Assembly: GCA_049303795.1 (NCBI GenBank) | Contig: JBAQNM010000008.1 | Coordinates: 18,288 to 82,287, forward strand | Reading direction: 5' to 3' | Length of the DNA: 64,000 nt | Source: Candidatus Moraniibacteriota bacterium | Lineage (GTDB): Bacteria > Patescibacteriota > Minisyncoccia > Moranbacterales > UBA2206 | Part shown: positions 57,545 through 64,000 of the stretch, one piece after another | How positions within the stretch are numbered: the first letter of the stretch is position 1 | Layout: each line of letters starts with the position of its first letter | Program-made: the position numbers and the translations under genes | Notes under the pieces: generated by a model | The model's input: the letters and a program-made list of their open reading frames with translations, nothing else | Databases searched by the model: none | What the model was told of the DNA's origin: nothing

Positions 57545-58285
57545 ATGAGTATAAAAAATATTTTTGAAAAAATTGGATTAAATCAAAAAGAAGCGAGTAT
57601 ATATTTAGCTTCCTTAGAATTGGGTATGTCCACAGCTAGTCAAATAACTGATAAAACGGGACTTCACCGAACATATTTTTATGATATCGCTAAAGACCTC
57701 ATACAAAAAGGCTTTATCAAACAATCAAAAAAAGGGAAAAAAACTTATTTTTCTGCCGAGACACCGGATAAAATTTTAAAAATGGAGGAACAGAAAATTG
57801 ATGAGCTAAAGAAAGCTATTCCAGAATTAAACGCCATAAACAATTCAAAGGAAAAGAAGCCAAAAGTATATTATTATGAAGGCAAGAGAGGGATTGAAAA
57901 AATAAATAATGACACTCTCAGAACAAACGACTCAGAACTAGTCGGTTTTACCACTCCTCGTTTTATTTCAGCGGACGAGAAAAAAATTAGTGATGATTAT
58001 ATCAAAAGAAGAAAGGATATTGGAAAAAAAGTGAGGGTTATTGGAGAAATGAGTAATGAGATACTAGAAATAAAGAAAAAAGATAAAAATGAATTAAGAG
58101 AAACCAGAATATTACTCAAAGATACATTTCATTCTGAAATAGAAATGATAATCGGAGATGACAAAGTTTATATTGTTAATTACAAAGATGAATTTGGAAT
58201 GGTAATTGAAGATAAAGAAGTTGCCAGAGTGCAAAAACAAATTTTTGAGATAATTTGGAACAGTGGTAAAATTATAGACCCCTAG
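57545..58285 (+). CDS. TrmB-family HTH transcriptional regulator
   Basis: LNQKEASIYLASLELGMSTASQITDKTGLHRTYFYDIAKDLIQKGFI. Confidence 0.55.
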   Translation: MSIKNIFEKIGLNQKEASIYLASLELGMSTASQITDKTGLHRTYFYDIAKDLIQKGFIKQSKKGKKTYFSAETPDKILKMEEQKIDELKKAIPELNAINNSKEKKPKVYYYEGKRGIEKINNDTLRTNDSELVGFTTPRFISADEKKISDDYIKRRKDIGKKVRVIGEMSNEILEIKKKDKNELRETRILLKDTFHSEIEMIIGDDKVYIVNYKDEFGMVIEDKEVARVQKQIFEIIWNSGKIIDP

Positions 58286-58320
58286 TCGCTTTAATATAAA
58301 AATAAGTATTTAGATAATAA

Positions 58321-58349
58321 AAAAATTCTCATTTATTGAGAATTTTTTT
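58321..58349. terminator. Bidirectional palindromic terminator, near-identical to the one at 55783-55818
   Basis: aaaaattctcatttattgagaattttttt between convergent genes. Confidence 0.55.
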
Positions 58350-58351
58350 GC

Positions 58352-59095
58352 TTATAGGCCCATCCCCTTCTCCCACGCCAGCTCAAAAAAAGGTCGCATA
58401 GAATTCACCAACTCTTTTGATTCTACCACAAAAATAAAAGGCTTTTCATCAAGTAAAGTGATGGCTAATTTATTTTCAAATAAGGTAAAATCCATCTTGC
58501 TGTCATTGAGCGCTGACCAGCTTTTCACTTCTTGATTAACTTCCAAAAATTTTCTTCCAACTTTCAAATTAAACTCAGTTTCCGGAATGAGATGCCTGGC
58601 TTGCAATTTATGATATCCCTTTTTGAATTCTCGATGCCATTTTTCAGCGATTCCCGGAAAAACATTTTCCAGTAATTCATAATTAGAAACAAAAAAAGCT
58701 TCTTTGCTAGCGCTCATTTCTTCATAGATTTTTAGAATCCCTTCCTTGGTATCATAAAAATGAATTTTGGGTTTTTTGTCGCCCTTATTTTGGAGAGAAT
58801 GAATAAAAGGCAACATTTCAGAAAAATCTTTCGCCACCAGTCTAAGCTTATTGAGAATAGCCGAAGGATCAGAAGCTTGAAAGATATTGACATTTGAATT
58901 GCCCGGAAGTCTGCTTGCATAACCTCTTTTAATCAATCCTTCCAGAATTATATAAATTATTGGTCGTTTTAATTCTGTTTTTTGAGCAATTTCAAAAACT
59001 TTTCCTTGTCCCAACTCAAAAAGTGCCAAATACACCTTGGCTTCTTTCTCAGTAAAACCGGATTGTTCTAGCAATTCCACTAATTGATTATCCAT
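58352..59095 (-). CDS. TrmB-family HTH transcriptional regulator
   Basis: FTEKEAKVYLALFELGQGKVFEIAQKTELKRPIIYIILEGLIKRGYA. Confidence 0.55.
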   Translation of the reverse strand: MDNQLVELLEQSGFTEKEAKVYLALFELGQGKVFEIAQKTELKRPIIYIILEGLIKRGYASRLPGNSNVNIFQASDPSAILNKLRLVAKDFSEMLPFIHSLQNKGDKKPKIHFYDTKEGILKIYEEMSASKEAFFVSNYELLENVFPGIAEKWHREFKKGYHKLQARHLIPETEFNLKVGRKFLEVNQEVKSWSALNDSKMDFTLFENKLAITLLDEKPFIFVVESKELVNSMRPFFELAWEKGMGL

Positions 59096-59282
59096 AAAAT
59101 CAGCTTAACAAAACGTCTGGATATTGTCAATATTTTTGACAATATAATCTAGATTTTGCTTTAAAATAGCTAAAATAAAACATTATACTATATTTTCAAA
59201 TTGACTATTACTAAAAATAGTTATATTTTTATCTATTCAGAAGAGATGTTTTTTAACAATTAAATAAGGGAGAAGATAGATT

Positions 59283-59657
59283 ATGAAGGAGCTTAATTAC
59301 GAGAAGGAATCTATTAAAAAAGCAAATGATGCGTTACTGAAACTTATGTTTACATATTTGGTAACTAGTAACGGATTGGGGCTGGTTAATGAAGAATTAA
59401 TTTCAATTTCCACTGGAGGTTTTTTAAAAACTGACATGGAAAGTATCAAAATTATTAATTTGATTGGCACGTTAACCCACATGTTAATGTTTAACGTGGT
59501 CAAAATAACAGGAGGAAAGTACAATGAAAAAATATTTTATGGGAATGATAGATATGTAATCTCTCTTGAAGTTTCTATATCTGAAGTTATGAGAATTGAT
59601 CTGCCGGAGCGAACGGTCATTCTCAGAGCTCAAAAGACATCAGAATTCAAACCTTAA
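59283..59657 (+). CDS. Hypothetical protein
   Basis: 124-aa ORF preceded by GGGAGAAG RBS. Confidence 0.3.
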   Translation: MKELNYEKESIKKANDALLKLMFTYLVTSNGLGLVNEELISISTGGFLKTDMESIKIINLIGTLTHMLMFNVVKITGGKYNEKIFYGNDRYVISLEVSISEVMRIDLPERTVILRAQKTSEFKP

Positions 59658-59674
59658 GGAAGGAGAAAAAAAGC

Positions 59675-60079
59675 ATGAGAATAAAAAAAATACCAGCAAT
59701 TTCATTCACTAATACGCTTTACGTATTAGCGCTCATGTTGTCTATTTTCATAATGTTTTGGGTAGTTTATGGAATCACATTAGATGAACCAAGCAACTCA
59801 AGGCCTCGTCCTTTCGAACAAGTTGAAGTCAGTGCTTTTATTCGAAACACAACAAAAGAAGACTTTGTTGTCCAAAAAGAAGTCGAACCCATAAAAATAG
59901 GCAGCGACATCCCATTTGGCAAAGCCATTGTTAAGCAGGAAGAGGAATATTTTGCAGTTTTAGTGATTCCCTATCAAAAAATTCCCATCGGGACTAGCGT
60001 AGATCTCGCTTTGGTAAATTTTTGGCCCAGCAGAATATTTTTAAGCTGTATCTATGTTGTCAGCAAAATACACAAATAA
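59675..60079 (+). CDS. Hypothetical membrane-anchored protein
   Basis: 134 aa with N-terminal TM helix. Confidence 0.3.
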   Translation: MRIKKIPAISFTNTLYVLALMLSIFIMFWVVYGITLDEPSNSRPRPFEQVEVSAFIRNTTKEDFVVQKEVEPIKIGSDIPFGKAIVKQEEEYFAVLVIPYQKIPIGTSVDLALVNFWPSRIFLSCIYVVSKIHK

Positions 60080-60093
60080 AAAAGGAACGCACT

Positions 60094-60384
60094 ATGAAAA
60101 TTATAAATTTTTTAAAATTCATTTTAAGCCCTGCCTATAAAAAAGAAATGAGGAAAAAGGAATTAATTTTTGTTCAAAGTCAAATATTTTCAATCTCTTC
60201 GGAGATTGAAGAATCAAAAGTTACCACCAGAAAAATCCATGAAAATGCCATTGATAAAAATTCATCTTATGAAAATAAAAGGAACACTGGAAGAAATGAA
60301 GATTTGAGACATAATTATCAGCTTCTTGATGAATATCAACGGCGTGAAAAATATCTTAAAAAATATCTTAAAGAAAAATTATAA
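60094..60384 (+). CDS. Hypothetical protein
   Basis: Start at MKIINFLKF inside track ORF 60022-60384. Confidence 0.3.
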   Translation: MKIINFLKFILSPAYKKEMRKKELIFVQSQIFSISSEIEESKVTTRKIHENAIDKNSSYENKRNTGRNEDLRHNYQLLDEYQRREKYLKKYLKEKL

Positions 60385-60490
60385 AACAATTTATTTTCAC
60401 AAAAAAAACTCAAGCCTCGTCGTCTTTTAAAAGACGACGAGGATTTTTAATTAAACAAAAAACAGCCGAGAAGACTGTTTTTTAATTCTG

Positions 60491-60562
60491 AGCGGGTAGG
60501 GGGAATCGAACCCCCCTCCTCAGCTTGGAAGGCTGATATAATAGCCACTATACGACACCCGC
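60491..60562 (-). tRNA. tRNA-Gly (TCC)
   Basis: Reverse complement GCGGGTGTCGTATAGTGGCTATTATATCAGCCTTCCAAGCTGAGGAGGGGGGTTCGATTCCCCCTACCCGC; anticodon loop CTTCCAA. Confidence 0.85.
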
Positions 60563-60632
60563 TTTCTAATTCATAATCTACTGACTATTCAATTTTAGCA
60601 AAACTAATAGCTTCTATCAACTATCCCTCGTG

Positions 60633-60703
60633 TCGGGGCGCCGAGACTCGAACTCGGACTACTTGGTCCCAAACCAAGCGCGCTACCATTACACAACGCC
60701 CCG
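60633..60703 (-). tRNA. tRNA-Pro (TGG)
   Basis: Reverse complement CGGGGCGTTGTGTAATGGTAGCGCGCTTGGTTTGGGACCAAGTAGTCCGAGTTCGAGTCTCGGCGCCCCGA; anticodon loop TTTGGGA. Confidence 0.8.
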
Positions 60704-60851
60704 TAAGTTACTTGTAAATCATATCCCTAAATAAACCCTTAGTCAATGCCTTAAGACAACAAAATCCCAAATGCATGGGATTTTGTCGCTATCTTCTTAT
60801 ATTCTACTAAAACAATAAATCTTAGTATACAGAAAATATGCTTTATAGAAA

Positions 60852-61136
60852 CTATTTAACAGCTTCCTTCAAAGCCTTACCAGCTGTAAATTTAGGAACA
60901 GTCATTGCTGGAATTTGGATTTTAGCCTTAGTTTGAGGATTGATTCCTTCGCGAGCTGCACGGTTAGAAACTTTAAATGTTCCAAAACCTGTCATTGTTA
61001 CTTTCTCTCCGCTTTTCAATGATTTAGTGATAACTTCGATCATTGTTTCCAATGTCATTTCAACATCCTTTTTGGAAAGATCAGTTTTTTCGCTGATTGC
61101 GCTTACCAAGGCATCCTTATTCATATTGTTTGCCAT
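60852..61136 (-). CDS. hup: DNA-binding protein HU
   Basis: GFGTFKVSNRAAREGINPQT arm motif; 94 aa. Confidence 0.85.
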   Translation of the reverse strand: MANNMNKDALVSAISEKTDLSKKDVEMTLETMIEVITKSLKSGEKVTMTGFGTFKVSNRAAREGINPQTKAKIQIPAMTVPKFTAGKALKEAVK

Positions 61137-61249
61137 ATTATCACCTCCTTCCAGTTGCGTCCGAAAAACCTACCGGACAGCTATTAATTTTTATCTCTTT
61201 TTCACTTATATGTATATTCTACTACAATTGCTTTAAATAAAGCAAATGC

Positions 61250-62782
61250 TTATCTGGCATATTCCGTAGCTCGCATTTCTCGAATAACATTAACCTTAAT
61301 CTCGCCGGGATATTTCAATTCTTTTTCAATTTTATCCGCAATTGTTCTACTAAGCTTAATTGCGCCCAAATCATCAATCTTATCAGGTTTAACGAAAACA
61401 CGGATTTCGCGTCCCGCTTGGATAGCATAGGTTTTTTCCACTTCTGGAAAGGAATTAGCCACAGACTCCAGCTCTTCCAATCTTTTCAAATAGTTTTCCA
61501 GAGTGTCTTTTCTTGCTCCAGGACGACTGGCAGAAATGGCGTCAGCTGCAGAGATAATCATTGATTCTGGAGTTTCAAAAGGATAGTCTTCATGATGCGA
61601 TTTCATGGCGTTAATCACTTCCTTACTGATATTGAACTTCTCTAAAATCTTAATTCCAATCTCCACATGAGTTCCCTGAACCTCATGATCAATCGCTTTG
61701 CCAATATCATGAAGAAGTCCAGCTCTCTTAGCGAGATTAACGTCAGCGCCCAATTCTGCAGCTAGTGCACCTGAAAGATGTGCCACCTCCAAAGAATGCA
61801 ACAGTGCATTTTGACCATAGCTAGTGCGATATCTCAAACGACCCAAAATATGAATCAGTTTTGGCTCAAGCCCAACCACTCCAACATCATAGGCAGCTGC
61901 TTCACCAGCCTCTTTTATTTTATTGTTAATTTCTGATTTAGCGAATTCCACCGCCTCTTCAATTTTAGTTGGATGGATACGACCATCAGCAATTAATTTT
62001 TCAATCGCAATTCGAGCAATCTCTCTTCTAATTGGGTCAAAACCAGAAACAACAATAGCCTCCGGAGTATCATCCACAATAATCTCAATTCCGGTTAAAC
62101 GTTCAAGCGCTTTAATATTTCTCCCTTCTCTTCCAATAATCCTACCCTTAACCTCATCAGAAGAAATAGCCACAATACTTGTTGTAACATCAGCCGAATG
62201 TGTTCCGGCGTATTTCTGAATCGCTTGAGTCATAATATCCTTTGCTTTTTTCTCTAAAGTATCTCTTCCTTCAATTTCAAGAGATTTAATTTTTTTCAAA
62301 AGAATCTCGCCACTCTCCTCTTCGGTTAGTTGTAGAAGAATTTTTTTGGCATCAGCTTGAGAAAGCTCAGCAATTTTCTCTAATCTTTTCAACTCTTGCT
62401 TTCTCGTTTCTTCAGTTTCTTTTTTAATTTTTGCCACTTCAGCCACCTTTTTTTCCAAAGCAAGATTACCAGTCTCAAGTTCTTTGACCTTTAATTCTAG
62501 AGCTTCTTCCTTTTTCTCCAAGCGCGTTTCTGTCCGTCTTAATTGCTCCTCTTTCTCCTCTTCCTTTTTTCTAACCTCTTCCAAGATACTAACTGCTTTG
62601 TTTTTTGCTTCTAAAATAGTTTCTTGCGCTTTTTTTTCAGCTGATTCAGTTACTTTCAGCGCCTTACCTTCTGCGGTCGAAAGTTGATTTTTAGCAATTG
62701 TTTGCCTTGCATAATAACCCAAGAAGGCACCTACTGCCAAACATAAAAAAACAGTGACGATTCCTGCTATACTTATTTCCAT
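61250..62782 (-). CDS. rny: Ribonuclease Y
   Basis: N-terminal TM, long coiled-coil, KH domain, HD domain (HSLEVAHLSGALAAELG...LLHDIGK). Confidence 0.9.
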   Translation of the reverse strand: MEISIAGIVTVFLCLAVGAFLGYYARQTIAKNQLSTAEGKALKVTESAEKKAQETILEAKNKAVSILEEVRKKEEEKEEQLRRTETRLEKKEEALELKVKELETGNLALEKKVAEVAKIKKETEETRKQELKRLEKIAELSQADAKKILLQLTEEESGEILLKKIKSLEIEGRDTLEKKAKDIMTQAIQKYAGTHSADVTTSIVAISSDEVKGRIIGREGRNIKALERLTGIEIIVDDTPEAIVVSGFDPIRREIARIAIEKLIADGRIHPTKIEEAVEFAKSEINNKIKEAGEAAAYDVGVVGLEPKLIHILGRLRYRTSYGQNALLHSLEVAHLSGALAAELGADVNLAKRAGLLHDIGKAIDHEVQGTHVEIGIKILEKFNISKEVINAMKSHHEDYPFETPESMIISAADAISASRPGARKDTLENYLKRLEELESVANSFPEVEKTYAIQAGREIRVFVKPDKIDDLGAIKLSRTIADKIEKELKYPGEIKVNVIREMRATEYAR

Positions 62783-62979
62783 AATATTTTTTGCTATTCA
62801 GTTGATAAATCATAATTGTAATTAACTATCAAATTTCTATTTACCAAGCTAAACTAGACCAATTTAAACAAATTATTTAACCTCTTTATGGTATTATAGA
62901 AAAGGTTTTTTGTCAAAATGAAATGAAAATGCTATTATTTATTAGCAAGAAAAATATAAATTAAACCAAAAAATATTTT

Positions 62980-64000
62980 ATGTATAAACCAGTTGTTTTA
63001 GTTATTGTTGATGGCTGGGGAATCAGTGAAAAGACGCAAGGCAACCCGATTGACATGGCCAATTTGCCAACAATTAAGAAACTTGATAAATTTTACCCCC
63101 GAATTGACCTTCAGGCCTCAGGTATTTCCGTTGGATTGCCTTGGGGAGAAATGGGAAACTCTGAGGTTGGTCATATCACCCTTGGAACCGGACAAACTAT
63201 CTATCAAAATATGCCCCGCATCACCATGGCAATTCAAAATGGTGAATTTTTCAAGAATAGCGCTTTTCTTCAAGCTATTGAACATGCTAGAAAAAACCAT
63301 TCAGCTGTTCATTTGATGGGTCTTGTTGGAAAAGGTGGTATTCATTCAACTGTTGATCATCTCTATGGACTGCTTGAACTCATGCATGATCAAAAATTTG
63401 ATAATGTATTTATCCACGTTTTCACTGATGGTCGCGATTCCTCTCCAACTTCAGGAGTAGAATCAGTAAAGGAACTCCAGGAACGCTTAAAATCATACAA
63501 AGTTGGTCAAATTGCTTCAATTGGTGGTCGCTATTATGGAATGGATCGAAATAATAACTGGGATCGGATTAAACTTGCCTATGACTCTATGACTGAAGGA
63601 ATTGGCGAGAAAACAGAAGATCCGATCAATTACCTCAATGAATCTTATAAAAAAGAAATTCTTGATGAATATATCAATCCTGCAATTGTCACGAAAAATG
63701 GCCAACCGATTGCCACAATCAAAGATAATGATGCTGTTATTTTTTTCAACTTCAGAGAAGATCGTGCACGTCAAATCACAAAAGCCTTTGCCCTTCCTGG
63801 CTTTAATAAGTTTGAAAAAAAACCAATCAAAAATCTTCTTTTTGTTACCATGGTACAATATGAGAATGACCTACCCGTAACAATTGCTTTTCCTATTGTT
63901 GAAGTAACTACATGTCTAGGAAAAGTTCTATCGGAACATAAACTGACTCAATTACGCATCGCCGAAACAGAGAAATTTGCTCACGTTACCTATTTTTTTA
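62980..64000 (+). CDS. gpmI: 2,3-bisphosphoglycerate-independent phosphoglycerate mutase (N-terminal 340 aa; continues beyond window)
   Basis: MYKPVVLVIVDGWGI opening, EVGHITLGTG, no stop before the window end. Confidence 0.8.
   Translation, partial: MYKPVVLVIVDGWGISEKTQGNPIDMANLPTIKKLDKFYPRIDLQASGISVGLPWGEMGNSEVGHITLGTGQTIYQNMPRITMAIQNGEFFKNSAFLQAIEHARKNHSAVHLMGLVGKGGIHSTVDHLYGLLELMHDQKFDNVFIHVFTDGRDSSPTSGVESVKELQERLKSYKVGQIASIGGRYYGMDRNNNWDRIKLAYDSMTEGIGEKTEDPINYLNESYKKEILDEYINPAIVTKNGQPIATIKDNDAVIFFNFREDRARQITKAFALPGFNKFEKKPIKNLLFVTMVQYENDLPVTIAFPIVEVTTCLGKVLSEHKLTQLRIAETEKFAHVTYFF

Noticed and set aside
1-64000. CRISPR arrays, rRNA genes and self-splicing introns
   Set aside because: No regularly spaced short direct repeats and no rRNA-like conserved blocks were seen anywhere in the window.

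Overview
This is a low-GC window (roughly 30-35% by eye) with tight gene packing. Four paralogous TrmB-like HTH regulators, a YvcK homologue and many small hypothetical genes point to a Patescibacteria/CPR-like genome; that lineage call is an inference. Nothing here was computed; all calls come from reading the sequence and the six-frame track.

Core genes include rsgA, glmS, metK, a PLP-dependent Met/Cys enzyme, metG, dxs, HU, RNase Y, gpmI (partial) and an RND efflux pair. There are three tRNAs: tRNA-Asn(GTT), tRNA-Gly(TCC) and tRNA-Pro(TGG).

There are two accessory regions.

1. Region 9.5-20.1 kb. About 10.5 kb is bracketed by roughly 120-bp imperfect direct repeats. Each repeat duplicates the 3' end and terminator of a small gene. 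Cargo includes a Mu Gam-like protein, a TrmB-like regulator, an ABC exporter, a DHFR-like protein, two VOC proteins, a methyltransferase and an EEP nuclease.

2. Region 22-36.6 kb, a putative integrative element. It ends at a large serine recombinase gene next to tRNA-Asn. Cargo includes a primase zinc-finger protein with a P-loop protein, a DpnII-like restriction-modification cassette (two DPPY methyltransferases, a restriction endonuclease and an HTH controller), and a defence-type operon. The operon is a HigB-like toxin, an HTH(HigA-like)-ImmA/IrrE metallopeptidase fusion and a large uncharacterised protein (possibly Beta-protein/sce7725-like), facing a convergent sce7726-like PD-(D/E)xK nuclease. 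I rate this three-to-four gene cluster the best candidate for an undescribed system.

Other unusual items:
- a 1501-aa cytoplasmic protein with two GHKL/Hsp90-like ATPase modules and a C-terminal HExxH motif, next to a secreted trypsin-like protease
- two GC-rich, hairpin-dense intergenic elements (30.84-30.98 kb, and 50.23-50.65 kb with a 44-aa His/acidic ORF and a terminator)
- a ~250-bp C/T-only tract rich in CCTCC motifs behind a consensus promoter (36.84-37.23 kb)
- a GC-rich methionine island (metK, PLP enzyme, metG)
- a signal peptidase I-CAP domain fusion
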